A stretch of 61,903 nt of DNA, the filler included. It is 8 parts of 8 records of this genome, joined end to end, with 100 filler letters (N's around TTAATTAATTAA, not from the genome) between each part and the next. Parts side by side here need not be neighbours in the genome. Positions count along the whole stretch, not along the records: positions 35,470 to 41,202 come from SRR31156797_39197; positions 41,303 to 48,618 come from SRR31156797_39235; 6 more parts are not named here. The stretch is one strand, 5' to 3'. A model generated the notes under the pieces. The model saw nothing but the letters and a program-made list of their open reading frames with translations. It made no database searches and was not told the DNA's origin. Made by a program: the position numbers and the translations under genes. This document shows, one piece after another, positions 37,417 to 48,718 of this stretch (positions within the stretch are counted from its first letter, which is position 1; every line of letters begins with the position of its first letter).

Positions 37417-38402
37417 GCTTCCTCCATGATATGCCTTGCCATGGCAACTATTTTTATCGGTTGGGGCAGTGCGGCATCTTCTAAATGTTTGGCATAGGGA
37501 AATGGAACTTCAGCGCTGCAGACCCTTCCCATCGGTGCATCAAGTTCAAAAAAAGCCTGCTCGTTGATACGCGCCATGATCTCGGCAGAAATGCTGCCTG
37601 ATCTCCATCCTTCATCGACTATCATTACACGGTGTGTTTTCTTTACGGAATTCATGATCGTTTCATCATCAAGGGGGCGCAAAGAGCGAAGGTCTATCAC
37701 TTCGGCATCGATCTCTTCTTTTTCCAATATCTCTGCGGCATCCAATGCTTTGAAAAGATTGATCCCGTATGCAAGGATCGTCAGGTCTTTGCCCGGGCGT
37801 TTGACAACTGCTTTTTTGATGGGCAGAGGCTTGGCATTTGTATCAAGAGTTCCCTGCGAGTTATAAAGCAGGGAGTTCTCAAATATAAGTACCGGGTCAG
37901 GATCGTTAAGTGCCAATTCTATCATACTGTAGGCATCTTGTACCGTTGCAGGCGTTAGGACTTTGAGTCCCGGGATATGCGCATACCAGCCTTCCAAAGA
38001 GTGTGAGTGCTGGGCTGCAAGCTGCTTTCCGCCGCCTGTTGACATACGGATAACCAAAGGAACGTTGAACTGCCCGCCTGACATATGCAGCAGTGTTGCG
38101 GCGTTGTTCATGATTTGATCCAGGGCCAATAGGCTGAAATTTACCGTCATAATCTCTACGATCGGCCTCATCCCGTTCATTGCCGCACCGATACCCGCGC
38201 CCGTAAATGCCGATTCGCACAGGGGAGTATCAATGATACGCTCTTTGCCGAACTCTTCCAAAAGACCTTTGCTTACGGCAAAACATCCGCCGTAACGGCC
38301 TACATCTTCTCCCATTAAAAAGACTCTATCATCTTTTTGCATAGCATTTCTGATGCCTTCCCGTACAGCTTCTCGGTAAGTGGTCTGGTTATCCTCTTTC
38401 AT
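37413..38402 (-). CDS. pdhB: 2-oxoacid dehydrogenase E1 beta
   Basis: [41 protein letters not shown]. Confidence 0.9.
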   Translation of the reverse strand: MKEDNQTTYREAVREGIRNAMQKDDRVFLMGEDVGRYGGCFAVSKGLLEEFGKERIIDTPLCESAFTGAGIGAAMNGMRPIVEIMTVNFSLLALDQIMNNAATLLHMSGGQFNVPLVIRMSTGGGKQLAAQHSHSLEGWYAHIPGLKVLTPATVQDAYSMIELALNDPDPVLIFENSLLYNSQGTLDTNAKPLPIKKAVVKRPGKDLTILAYGINLFKALDAAEILEKEEIDAEVIDLRSLRPLDDETIMNSVKKTHRVMIVDEGWRSGSISAEIMARINEQAFFELDAPMGRVCSAEVPFPYAKHLEDAALPQPIKIVAMARHIMEEA

Positions 38403-39367
38403 TGTACTTCCTCCGGTGAATAGACAAATTTTTCAAGATCGCCGATTGGTTCCAGTGTTCCATTTTCTGCAAACTTCACGGCTTCATCAATGGTCTTTGT
38501 GATCTCATCGTCTATCTCTTGCGCTTTGATCTTTGACCATAGCCCTCTATCTTCAAGGTTTTTCTTAAAAGTTACCAGCGGCCCTTTATCTTTCCACTCA
38601 TTGACTTCTGTTTTTTTACGGTAAAGTTCTCCATCAAACATTGAATGTGGTCTAAAACGGTATGTCAGGCATTCAAGAAACACGGGGCCTTTGCCTGATT
38701 TGATATCTTCAACGGCATTTTTTGCAGACTCGGCTACCTGTTTCACATCCATCCCGTCAACCTGAAAAGAATTTATACGGTAGCTTGCCGCTTTTTTGGA
38801 AAGATTGACTTCCGACTCGGAGAATTCCAAAGCGGTACCCATCGCGTAATAGTTGTTTTCGCATATGAAAAGAACCGGTAACTGCCACAATGATGCCAGA
38901 TTTAGAGATTCGTGGAATTCACCCTCTGCTACGGCACCGTCTCCAAAGAGGCAGACCGTTACCCGGTCGCGTTTCATCATTTTATCCGCAAGTGCCATAC
39001 CAACTGCTAGAGGCAGGCCTCCGCCTACAATGGCATTGCCGCCGTAAAATCTGCTTTTTGCATCAAAAAGATGCATAGAACCACCGCGCCCTCTGGCACA
39101 GCCCTCTACTTTTCCGTACATTTCAGCCATTATGCTTTTAGCTGATATTCCCCGTGCCAATGCATGCCCGTGTTCCCTGTAAGTGGAGATCACGGCATCT
39201 TCGGCAGACAACGCATGCATTACGCCTACGGCAATAGCTTCTTCCCCGATATATAGATGTAAAAAGCCCCTGATCTTTTGGCTGCTGTAGAGCTCGATAC
39301 ATTTTTCTTCAAAGCGTCTTATTAAAAGCATTTGAGAATAAAATTTTTTGGCTAATTCTATATCCAT
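38399..39367 (-). CDS. pdhA: 2-oxoacid dehydrogenase E1 alpha
   Basis: [30 protein letters not shown] motif, TYRFRPHS. Confidence 0.9.
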   Translation of the reverse strand: MDIELAKKFYSQMLLIRRFEEKCIELYSSQKIRGFLHLYIGEEAIAVGVMHALSAEDAVISTYREHGHALARGISAKSIMAEMYGKVEGCARGRGGSMHLFDAKSRFYGGNAIVGGGLPLAVGMALADKMMKRDRVTVCLFGDGAVAEGEFHESLNLASLWQLPVLFICENNYYAMGTALEFSESEVNLSKKAASYRINSFQVDGMDVKQVAESAKNAVEDIKSGKGPVFLECLTYRFRPHSMFDGELYRKKTEVNEWKDKGPLVTFKKNLEDRGLWSKIKAQEIDDEITKTIDEAVKFAENGTLEPIGDLEKFVYSPEEVQ

Positions 39368-39389
39368 GACAATCTCCTGTAAATGAGGG

Positions 39390-41141
39390 TTATTGTTCTA
39401 AGGTCGAGGTGTCCCCCTCGGCCAATCCAAGCTCTCTGGCCTTTAGCAGCCTGCGCATGATTTTGCCACTGCGTGTTTTTGGCAGATTTCCCTTAAACTC
39501 GATCTCTTTGGGTGCAACGGCAGCGCCAAGTTTTTTACGCCCAAAGCCTATCAATTCGCGTTTGAGATCTTCGTTTGCTTCAACACCGGCTTTTAAAGAA
39601 ACAAAAGCCTTAACCAACTGGCCGATTATGGGGTCGGGTTTTCCGATAACTCCGACTTCCGCAACTGCGGGGTGTTCCATCAATGCACTTTCTACTTCAA
39701 AAGGTCCTACCATATGCCCTGAAGTTTTTATGATATCATCGGCACGCCCGACAAACCAGAAGTAGCCATCCTCATCTTTATAGGCCAGGTCGCCTGAGAT
39801 ATACCGGCCGCCTTTAAAACATTTGTTATATTTTTCTTCATTATGAAGGTATGCCCTGAACATTGAGGGCCATCCCGGTTTTAAGGCCAGGTCTCCCTCG
39901 ACTCCGGGTTCAATTATTTCCGTTACACTGCCGTCATCTTCTACTTTTATTATCGAAGCTTCAATACCCGGAAGAGGCCTGCCCATTGATCCTGGTTTAA
40001 CTGTTTGTGATATCAGGTTTGAGATCATGATACCGCCTGTTTCGGTCTGCCACCAGTTATCATGAATCGGCATTTTAAGTTTTTTCACGCCCCACAGTAT
40101 GGCTTCTGGATTTAACGGTTCGCCTACGCTTTGAATCAGGCGCAGCTTTGAAAGATCGTATTCAAGTGTCGGTTCGGATTCGATCCTCATCAGACGCCTG
40201 ATCGCAGTCGGAGCAGTGTACCATACGGTAACTTTTTCATCTTGTAAAATGCTATACCATCTTTTGGCATTGAACTCTGCTTCATCGACAATATTCGTTA
40301 CCCCATGCAGCCACGGGGCAATGATGCCGTATGAAGTTCCGGTCACCCAGCCCGGATCAGCCGTGCACCAGAAAACATCATCTAAATGTAGGTCCAATAC
40401 ATATTTCCCACTCATCCAGTGCGTATAAAGAGCTTTGTGAACATGAACTACTCCTTTTGGCATTCCTGTGGTTCCGCTGGTAAAATGAAGTATAGACATA
40501 TCCTCGGGATCGGTGGGCTCGATCTCAAAATCACCGGAAGTCTCTTTTAAAAGGCGAGGCAGTGAAAGAATTTTTTTACTTTGGTCATATTGCTCATCTA
40601 TTAATAATATATCCCGAAGATCGGGAAGCTGGTCCATAATAGGAAGTATCTTTTTTTCAAAGAGCTTCTTTGTGGTCAGAAGTGCTTTTGCATCACCGCG
40701 GAGCATCCGCTGTAAAATAGGCCCGGGTCCGAATTGTGAAAAAAGAGGGCAGATCACATTTCGGTTTTTTAAGATTCCTATTGCTGCAATGTAGAGCTCG
40801 GGTACTCTTGGCGAGAGGGTAAATATTCTTTCGCCCTTTGTAAGTCCGAGAGATCTTAGGACATTGGCGAATTTAGCCGTCTCTTTTTTCATTTTAGCAA
40901 AGCTGAACTCTTGCCTTTGGCTGTTTCGGCCAAGCCAGACCAAAGCGGTTTTATTTGCCAGTTTTGAGTTGGCATGGCGGTCTATCGCTTCATGGGCGAT
41001 ATTGAGCCCTCCGCAGGGCAGTCCTTCAAATTGTTCGCCTACTTTTTCCCATTCAAAAGATTTTTTCTCTTTTTCATAGTCGATCAGGTTCGGGGTAACT
41101 TTAAGATCAGATATATTTTTTTCGATCCAATTCTTTTCCAT
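39390..41141 (-). CDS. acsA: Acetate--CoA ligase (AMP-forming, short AcsA type)
   Basis: [46 protein letters not shown]. Confidence 0.88.
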   Translation of the reverse strand: MEKNWIEKNISDLKVTPNLIDYEKEKKSFEWEKVGEQFEGLPCGGLNIAHEAIDRHANSKLANKTALVWLGRNSQRQEFSFAKMKKETAKFANVLRSLGLTKGERIFTLSPRVPELYIAAIGILKNRNVICPLFSQFGPGPILQRMLRGDAKALLTTKKLFEKKILPIMDQLPDLRDILLIDEQYDQSKKILSLPRLLKETSGDFEIEPTDPEDMSILHFTSGTTGMPKGVVHVHKALYTHWMSGKYVLDLHLDDVFWCTADPGWVTGTSYGIIAPWLHGVTNIVDEAEFNAKRWYSILQDEKVTVWYTAPTAIRRLMRIESEPTLEYDLSKLRLIQSVGEPLNPEAILWGVKKLKMPIHDNWWQTETGGIMISNLISQTVKPGSMGRPLPGIEASIIKVEDDGSVTEIIEPGVEGDLALKPGWPSMFRAYLHNEEKYNKCFKGGRYISGDLAYKDEDGYFWFVGRADDIIKTSGHMVGPFEVESALMEHPAVAEVGVIGKPDPIIGQLVKAFVSLKAGVEANEDLKRELIGFGRKKLGAAVAPKEIEFKGNLPKTRSGKIMRRLLKARELGLAEGDTSTLEQ

Positions 41142-41302
41142 TTTTTTTGTCCTTTGAAAAGTCCGGATTTAATAACACTACAGCGACACTTTCGAAATCT
41201 TCNNNNNNNNNNNNNNNNNNNNNNNNNNNNNNNNNNNNNNNNNNNNTTAATTAATTAANNNNNNNNNNNNNNNNNNNNNNNNNNNNNNNNNNNNNNNNNN
41301 NN

Positions 41303-41690
41303 GGGAGAAGAAACAAGGCGATATGGCCCAGCCGATGACCTCGGACGATTCACCTAGCCCCGAGAGATTCATTTCACGATGTGCCCGGGCCGCAACATGG
41401 TCGAACACCTGGTTGTGCTCGCGCCAGTAGGCCAGCGTCTGCGGCGATATCAGCCTTCCCAGCAGCCGCGTCATATCAGCCCGGTTAAGCTCTTTCTCCT
41501 CGATTTGGACCACCCTGCCGGGGGCATCGTAAGGCAGCGCGTTCATCAAAACGGCATTGATCACGCTGAAGACCGCCGCATTCGCGCCGATGCCGATCGT
41601 CAGAATCGCTATCACGACAAAGGCAAAGCCGGGCCTCCGCACCAGCGTGCGAAAGGCGAACCGAACATCTTGCCATAGTAGTGTCATCAC
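41303..41690 (-). CDS. MacB/FtsX-type duplicated ABC permease (ADOP-like), N-terminal fragment
   Basis: LWQDVRFAFRTLVRRPGF..LTIGIGANAAVFSVINAVL; truncated by the contig end. Confidence 0.85.
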
Positions 41691-41706
41691 TTCATCGCTC
41701 CAGTTT

Positions 41707-41730
41707 GCAGGGTGGGCCCTGGCTCACGCG
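41707..41730 (+). repeat. Degenerate REP-like element
   Basis: GCAGGGTGGGCCCTGGCTCAC resembles the GTAGGGTGGGCCGTGCCCACC element at 46748-46768. Confidence 0.5.
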
Positions 41731-41744
41731 ACATATCTCGTCCA

Positions 41745-44168
41745 TCATTCATAGCGCAACGCCTCCATGGGATCGATCTTCGCCGCTCGGCGGGCCGGGA
41801 CGTAGCAGGCCAGTAGGGCCACCGCGATCAGGAGTACGGCCGTCACGCCGTAGGTGACCGGGTCAGTAGTGGTAACCTCGAACAGCATCGAACGCAAGTA
41901 ACGACAGAGGAAAATCGCTCCCACGGTCCCGATGCCAACACCGACGAGTGCCAGCGTGGCGCCGCTCTTGAGAATCATCAGAATAACGCTCTGCCTCCCT
42001 GCGCCCAGAGCCATACGCACCCCGATCTCGTGGGTGCGCTGGGTCGTGACATAGGCCATGACGCCATAGATGCCTACGATGGTCAGGCAGAGCGTCAGGC
42101 CCGCGAATAGCGCGATCAGCGTCATGACGAAACGCCGTTTGGCCACCGATTCGGCCGTCCATTGACTCATCATCTTGAACCGATCGACCACGATCTCGTG
42201 GTTCAACTGGCCGGCCACCGCCCGCACCGGAGCGACCATGGCCAGCGGATCTCCCTCCACCCGGGCGGCAAACGTCATTGTCCCCCAGGTCTGCTGCGTG
42301 AACGGCAGGTAGATCTCCGCCTTGGTCTCGACATCGAAACCCTGCTGTTTGGTATCACCTGCGATGCCAACAATCTCATAGGAATCCGGGTTGTTCTCTC
42401 CGATGCGCATGCCGCAGTCGATACGTTGGCCGATCGGGGCTTCGCCCGCAAAATAGAGCCGGGCCATGGCTTCATTGATGATGACAGCGCCTCTTTGGCC
42501 GGCCATCTCCGCTTCGGAAAACAGCCGCCCTTGTCGCAGGGGGATGCCCATCGCCTCGAAATAGCCCGGCGTAACGGAATTGTAGCGCGTCGACAGGAAC
42601 TCATCCCGCAGGCGAGCCGGTCCATCCAGTCGCTTGATACCGACCCCCATCCGGTTGGCAAAGGGAAGGGTCGTTGTTGCGCCAATCGCGCCAATACCGG
42701 GAGTGGCTCGAAGTTGTTCCGTGAATTGCCGGTAGAAGGCCTGTTTATCGGTGGACTTTCTGTACGTTGAACCGGGCAACGATACGTGCCAGGTGAGAAC
42801 GTGCTCTGATCGAAAGCCCGTATCCACGTGGATGAGCCCCAGGAAGCTGCGGATGAGCAGAGCCGCGCCGATGAGCAGCATCATGGCCACGGCGACCTCG
42901 CCAATCACCAAGGCATTCCGGATGCGGTTGCGGTGCGTGCCGACCGTGCTGCGGGCACTTTCTTTCAGGCTCTCGTATGTGCGTCGCGCTGAACTCTGGA
43001 GGGCCGGCGCCAGACCAAACAGAAGGCCGATGATAATCGCCATCGCGACCGCAAAGCCGGCCACGCGCCCATCCAGTCGGATCTCGTCGAGACGGGGCAG
43101 ATCGCCCGGCACAATCGCTCGGATGAAATCGATCCCCCAACAGGCCAGCAGTAGTCCCGCCGCGCCGCCGACGGAACTCAAGATAAGTGCTTCAACGAGT
43201 GTTTGTCGAATCAAGCGCCATCGACCCGCGCCCAGAGCCGCGCGGATGGCGAACTCCTGCGACCGTGTACTGGCACGAATCGTCAGCAGGTTGGCCACAT
43301 TGGCGCAGGCGCCGAGCAGCACAAAACCCACCGCGCCGAACAGGATCCACAGCGCCACGTGCACATCGCGCACCAGGTCGCTATGCAGTGTGGCGAGATG
43401 CACGCCTGTATCCTGGTTGGCCTCATCGATGTGCTCGAGACGCGCTGCGACCGCATCCATCTGGCTCTGTGCCTCGGTCAGAGTCACGTGATCCTTCAAA
43501 CGTGCCAACGCGAGAAAACACTGCGCTCCCCGCTGGTTGAAGGCATAGGAGTCTTCGGAGATCGGTACGAAGAACTCGGCTTTTCCGAGGATGTCTCCGG
43601 GAAGTTGTAGCGGCGGGAGTATACCGACGATGCTGTAAGATGTGTTGTCCAGTCGAATGGCTTGGCCAACGGCCTCAGGATTCGCCGCGTACTGGCGGCG
43701 CCAGAATCGGTGACTCAGGATCACGTAATTGTCGGGATTCACCCGGTCTTCGTCTGGGGTGAATGTTCGGCCCAGGAAGGGACGGACGCGCAGCAGCGGT
43801 AGCAGCGATGCCGATACGCTGGCGCCTTCGATCTTCCGGGCTCCCGTGTCGTCGACAAACGCCTTGCCACTGGGGCGAAAGACGGCGATGTCTTCGAAGA
43901 CCTGATTGTCGCGCCGCCAGTCCTCCACGTTGGGGTAGGATACAATTTGGCGCTGATCGCCTTCGACCTTATCCGTCTGCCATATCGTTACCAGACGGTC
44001 GGGCTCATCCAGCGGCAGCGGGCGCAGCAAGACCGCGTTGATCACGCTGAAGACTGCGCTGTTGGTGCCGATCCCCAAGGCGAGCACCAGCACCACCACC
44101 ATCGAGAATCCAGGATTCCTCCGCAGCATGCGGAAACCGTACTTAACGTCATGCCAGATTGTCGTCAT
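41745..44168 (-). CDS. MacB/FtsX-type duplicated ABC permease (ADOP-like)
   Basis: 807 aa; two MacB-PCD/FtsX halves; ACANVANLL, EFAIRAALGA, EIGVRMALGA, DPMEALRYE. Confidence 0.92.
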   Translation of the reverse strand: MTTIWHDVKYGFRMLRRNPGFSMVVVLVLALGIGTNSAVFSVINAVLLRPLPLDEPDRLVTIWQTDKVEGDQRQIVSYPNVEDWRRDNQVFEDIAVFRPSGKAFVDDTGARKIEGASVSASLLPLLRVRPFLGRTFTPDEDRVNPDNYVILSHRFWRRQYAANPEAVGQAIRLDNTSYSIVGILPPLQLPGDILGKAEFFVPISEDSYAFNQRGAQCFLALARLKDHVTLTEAQSQMDAVAARLEHIDEANQDTGVHLATLHSDLVRDVHVALWILFGAVGFVLLGACANVANLLTIRASTRSQEFAIRAALGAGRWRLIRQTLVEALILSSVGGAAGLLLACWGIDFIRAIVPGDLPRLDEIRLDGRVAGFAVAMAIIIGLLFGLAPALQSSARRTYESLKESARSTVGTHRNRIRNALVIGEVAVAMMLLIGAALLIRSFLGLIHVDTGFRSEHVLTWHVSLPGSTYRKSTDKQAFYRQFTEQLRATPGIGAIGATTTLPFANRMGVGIKRLDGPARLRDEFLSTRYNSVTPGYFEAMGIPLRQGRLFSEAEMAGQRGAVIINEAMARLYFAGEAPIGQRIDCGMRIGENNPDSYEIVGIAGDTKQQGFDVETKAEIYLPFTQQTWGTMTFAARVEGDPLAMVAPVRAVAGQLNHEIVVDRFKMMSQWTAESVAKRRFVMTLIALFAGLTLCLTIVGIYGVMAYVTTQRTHEIGVRMALGAGRQSVILMILKSGATLALVGVGIGTVGAIFLCRYLRSMLFEVTTTDPVTYGVTAVLLIAVALLACYVPARRAAKIDPMEALRYE

Positions 44169-44195
44169 TTCATCGCTCCAGGTATATCTTGCCTA

Positions 44196-46688
44196 TCATT
44201 CATATCGCAACGCCTCCATCGGATCGATTCGTGCCGCTCGTCGTGCCGGTATCCAGGCGGCGAGGATTGCGACTGCGATCAGCACGATTCCCGATACGAC
44301 CATGGTAACCGGGTCGCGTGGAGCGATGCCGTAGATGAGGCTTTGTGTTATGCGAGCCAGGGCCAGGGCGATAGGCAAACCGATCGCGATGCCGATGACG
44401 GCCAGTAAGATCGCCTCACGCAGGATGGGCCAGGCCACGTTGCCGGGCGTCGCACCGAGGGCTAAGCGGATTCCCAGTTCACTTCTGCGGCGTGTGACGT
44501 TGTAAGCCAGCAGGCCGTAGAGGCCGATGCAGGCGAGTAACACGGCCAGCAGGGCCAGCGCCGAACCCAGCGAGGCGAACAGACGCTCCTGGGCAATCGA
44601 TTCATTCAATTGCAGGGCCTGGGTCTTGATCTCGGCCATGGGGATCATCGGGTCCAGGCCGACCAGAGCCTGCCGGATGGCCGGGATCAGAGATAATGGG
44701 TCCTGGGCGGTGCGCACCTGGTAATAGGCGGCCTGAGGACCTCGAGAGTGCCGATTGCCGGGGTGCTGACGAGCGGCAAAGAGCACGGTGGGTTCGATCG
44801 GAACCTTGAGATCGTAGTACTTCGTATCACCGCAGATGCCCACGATGCGGTAGTTTTCCCGGTTGATGATCACCGTACGCCCGATCGGGTCCTCGTCGGC
44901 GAAGATAGTCCGTGCGAGGGTCTGGTTGACGAGAATGACCTTGGTGGATTCAGCGTGGTCCTCGGCGCCGAAATTGCGTCCAGCCCGCAGCGGAATGCCC
45001 ATAGTGGAGAGGAACGAATTACTGACGTTGAGCTGGAGGATGTGGTGCCGGCCGGCGAGGCCGGACACGATCATCATGGTCTCGTTTCGCCAACGGTTCA
45101 GCAGTTGTATGTTCGAGTAGGCCACACGTTGCGCACCGGGCAAGGCTTCGATGCCTTCGCGAAGTTGCTCATAGAAATCAGTCAGACGCGGGCCTTGATA
45201 ATCTGCCTGGCTGGCATTGACCCGGAAGGTCAGCAGATTCTCCACGTTGAAGCCGGTCTCGATCCGGCGCAGGTTGATCAGGGTACGCGTGAACAACCCG
45301 GCTCCCACCAACAGCAACAGACACAAGGCCACCTGGGCCGTGACCAGAATGCGTCCCAATCGCAGACGTGGGGTACCCAGGGAAGAACGGTCCTTGAGGC
45401 TGTCCATGGGATTGGTCCGCATGGCATGCAAACTGGGGAGCAGACCGAACAGTAGAACTGCCAGGGCTGACACACCCAGGGTAAAGGCAAAGACACGGAT
45501 GTCACTGGCGGTATCCAGGGGCATATCAGGCGGGAGCAGCAGTCTGGCTAAGACGACCTTGCCCCAGATGGCCAGGAGACTGCCCAGCCCCGCTCCCGCC
45601 AGGACAATCAGAATGCTCTCGATCAATGACTGACTCAAGAGGTGCCAGCGGTTAGCGCCCATCGCGCTGCGCACCGCCAGTTCATGATGTCGCGTGGCCC
45701 CACGTGACAACAACAATCCGGCCAGGTTGATGCAGGCGACCACCAGGACCGTACTGACAATGGCCATCAGCAGATACAACGGCTTGACATGCTGCGTGCG
45801 CGACGTGGTTACGCCGCGCCGGCCATCTTCCAGCAAGATGTGCGGAGCCGGACCTTGGCGGTCGGCAAGATGTGCCTGGATCATCCTTTGGAAGATCACA
45901 TCCAGGCCGGTTTGGATTTGTTGCATGTTCAGGCCAGGACCAATGCGGGCCATGATCTGGGTCGCCCATATATCGGAAGACTCCAGGGGCATGTCCGGCC
46001 TGAGCTGTTTCTGTGCGGCTGTGGTGACGTAGAGATCGGTTTGCGAATATCCCACCACCCCTAGGAAGTCCCGGTCCAGTACGCCGATGACCGTGTAGCT
46101 GTGGCCGTTGATCAAGACCGTCTGACCCAGCACATCGGGATCGCCGCCGAAGTGCCTCCGCCAACCGCGGTGAGAGAGGACGACGGTAGGGCTTTCTTCG
46201 TTTGGTGTGAAGGTCCTGCCCAGCAGCGGCTGCAATCGCAGGCCGGAGAAAAAGTTGTCGGAAACCATCAGTCCGTTGCCCGTACGCGCCGAACGGTTGG
46301 CTACAATCGTTAGACCCCGTAGCAGGGACAAGGCCATGAAATCGATTTCGCCTGCCTTGGGGTCTGCACTTTGAGACACGTGGTCGCGGAACTGCTGATA
46401 CATCCCATAGGAAAACGCGTTCGAATGGGTCCGGCCGGCGGGTGAGGTTTCGGTGCTGCCACTGACTGTTACGTTCATCATCACGTCATGGCCGGCCCAG
46501 TTGACGCGGTACAACTCCTGTGGCTTCGGCACCGGCAGGGACTTGAGCAACATGCTGTTGATCAAGCTGAAAATCGCGGTGTTCGCACCGATCGCCAAGG
46601 CCAATGAAATCACCGCCACCGCCGTGAATCCCGGGCTCTTAATGAGTTGCCGGAAACCGTACTTGATGTCGTTCAATAGTGTACTCAT
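44196..46688 (-). CDS. MacB/FtsX-type duplicated ABC permease (ADOP-like)
   Basis: 830 aa, same architecture, ends DPMEALRYE. Confidence 0.92.
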   Translation of the reverse strand: MSTLLNDIKYGFRQLIKSPGFTAVAVISLALAIGANTAIFSLINSMLLKSLPVPKPQELYRVNWAGHDVMMNVTVSGSTETSPAGRTHSNAFSYGMYQQFRDHVSQSADPKAGEIDFMALSLLRGLTIVANRSARTGNGLMVSDNFFSGLRLQPLLGRTFTPNEESPTVVLSHRGWRRHFGGDPDVLGQTVLINGHSYTVIGVLDRDFLGVVGYSQTDLYVTTAAQKQLRPDMPLESSDIWATQIMARIGPGLNMQQIQTGLDVIFQRMIQAHLADRQGPAPHILLEDGRRGVTTSRTQHVKPLYLLMAIVSTVLVVACINLAGLLLSRGATRHHELAVRSAMGANRWHLLSQSLIESILIVLAGAGLGSLLAIWGKVVLARLLLPPDMPLDTASDIRVFAFTLGVSALAVLLFGLLPSLHAMRTNPMDSLKDRSSLGTPRLRLGRILVTAQVALCLLLLVGAGLFTRTLINLRRIETGFNVENLLTFRVNASQADYQGPRLTDFYEQLREGIEALPGAQRVAYSNIQLLNRWRNETMMIVSGLAGRHHILQLNVSNSFLSTMGIPLRAGRNFGAEDHAESTKVILVNQTLARTIFADEDPIGRTVIINRENYRIVGICGDTKYYDLKVPIEPTVLFAARQHPGNRHSRGPQAAYYQVRTAQDPLSLIPAIRQALVGLDPMIPMAEIKTQALQLNESIAQERLFASLGSALALLAVLLACIGLYGLLAYNVTRRRSELGIRLALGATPGNVAWPILREAILLAVIGIAIGLPIALALARITQSLIYGIAPRDPVTMVVSGIVLIAVAILAAWIPARRAARIDPMEALRYE

Positions 46689-46701
46689 TCTGTCTTCCTT
46701 C

Positions 46702-46768
46702 GTAGCGCAAGCTTGCGCCTGTCATTTCCTTCTATCCGTGCTTACTCGGTGGGCACGGCCCACCCTAC
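46702..46768. repeat. Inverted pair of GTAG-family REP-like hairpins
   Basis: Plus strand GTAGCGCAAGCTTGCGC (46702-46718); minus strand GTAG-GGTGGGC-CGT-GCCCACC (46768-46748). Confidence 0.6.
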
Positions 46769-46807
46769 ATTTGCCAGAGACTGACAACGGCGAACTGCGA
46801 GCGTTCC

Positions 46808-48618
46808 TCACTCGTGCCGCAGCACCCTCATGGGATCCAGCTGTGTCGCTTTGCGTGCCGGGAGGTAGCAGGCCAGCATAGCGACGGTGAACAATAATAA
46901 CGGCACCAGAACAAAGGTGGCCGGGTCCCACGTGTTGATTTGGAAAAGCAGACTACCCATGGAACGGCTGACGAGTAAGGCTCCGACCAGACCGATGACC
47001 AGGCCGATGACGGTAAGCACGAAGGCCTTCTTGATTATGAGTATCAGAATATCAAGCTTCTCAGCCCCCAGGGCCATGCGAATGCCGACCTCGCTACGAC
47101 GTTCGTTGACGGCGAAGGCCATGACCGCGTAGAGGCCGACCAGGGCCATGAACAAAGCCACGCATGCCATGGCACCGATTAGAATCGTACAGAAGCGTTC
47201 CAAAGAGATGGATTCCAGGGCCAATTGAGACATGGTGCGGATGTAGAGAATTGGCTGATTGTCGTCGATGCCCTGGATCACCTGTTGGGCCGGCTGGGCC
47301 CACCGAATGGGATCGCCTTGGGTTCGGAGGAACACGGTCATGCTATGCTCTTGGCCTTGGGTATGAGGCATGTAAACGAAGGCCTTGTAGCCGACCGCGC
47401 TGAGGGTATTGAGCGTGACATTGCCGACTACGCCGACGATGGTTCGCTCCTGGCCCCAGAATCTCACCTTCTGACCGATGGGATCACGGTCCGGAAGTTG
47501 ACGGCGGACGAATTCCTGGTTGACGATGACGGCCGGTTGACTTTCGCTACTGTCCCGTCGGGTGAAGGCACGTCCCTGGTGGAGCGGAATCCCCAGGCAA
47601 TGAAAATAGTCCTCAGTCACGCGTCGCGTTTCCGAGTTGAGCGATTTGTCTCGGCCCACGACCCGGACACCGGTGTTGTTATTATCCGTGTGCAGGGGTC
47701 TTAGGCTAACTGCTCCTGCGGATTCCACGCCCGGCAGGCCGGCCAGTCGTTCGGTTGCCTGGGTAAAGAATACCGCCGGTTTCATGTCATCAACGGTGTT
47801 CTCAGAGTGAGGCCGATCGATCTGGAGGGCCAGGAGCTGGTGCGCATTGAATCCCGGATCTCGGTCCTGTAAGAGGGCAAAACTCTTGACCAGCAACCCG
47901 GCACCGGCGAGTAAGACAAAGGCCAGGGCAATTTGGGCGACCACCAGACTGCCCAGAGTACGATGACGCCGCGCACCGCGGGACAGGCTGACACCGGTCT
48001 CCTTGAGGGTGCCGCTGACACGGAATCCCGATCCCTGCCAGGCGGGGATCATGCCGAAGATCAGGCTGGTGACCACCGAGAGTGCGAGAGTGAAGGCCAG
48101 TACGGTTGAATCGATGCCAAGCGCGGAGAAACCGGGGATGCTGCCACCGGTGTCCCGGACCTTGGGCGCAATAAGCTTCAAAACGTCCAGACCGAAGAAG
48201 GCTAGCAACAATCCCAATGCGCCGCCGAGGAGCCCCAACAGCAGGCTTTCGGTCAGGAGCTGACGCACCAGTCGCCAGCGTCCGCCTCCCAGGGCCTGCC
48301 GTATGGCCATCTCGCGCCGGCGTACCGAGGCATTGGCGACCATAAGATTGGAGATGTTGATGCAAGCCGCCAGCAGAAGTAGCGTGACGGCGCCGTAGAG
48401 AATGTAGAAGGCCGGGCGGATACCGGAAATCAAACGCTCGTGCAAAGAGCCCACATGGATGCCCTTGTCTCCATTTGTGTTCGGGTACTCTCTGCTCAGT
48501 TGCCCGGCGATTTGGCTCATTTGACTCTGGGCCTGGGCCATCGTGACCTGCTCTTTGAGACGACCCAGGACCATGAGATAATGACTGCCGCGGCTTTGGT
48601 TGAGCTTTTCCCGCAGAA
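46808..48618 (-). CDS. MacB/FtsX-type duplicated ABC permease (ADOP-like), 5'-truncated
   Basis: ACINISNL, EMAIRQALGG, EVGIRMALGA, DPMRVLRHE; begins beyond the contig edge. Confidence 0.9.
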
Positions 48619-48718
48619 NNNNNNNNNNNNNNNNNNNNNNNNNNNNNNNNNNNNNNNNNNNNTTAATTAATTAANNNNNNNNNNNNNNNNNNNNNNNNNN
48701 NNNNNNNNNNNNNNNNNN

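Noticed and set aside
41379-48365. Many 60-250 aa alternative-frame ORFs in the permease contig (and similar ones in contigs 1-3 and 5)
   Set aside because: Antisense or off-frame shadows of well-supported genes, with no motifs of their own.
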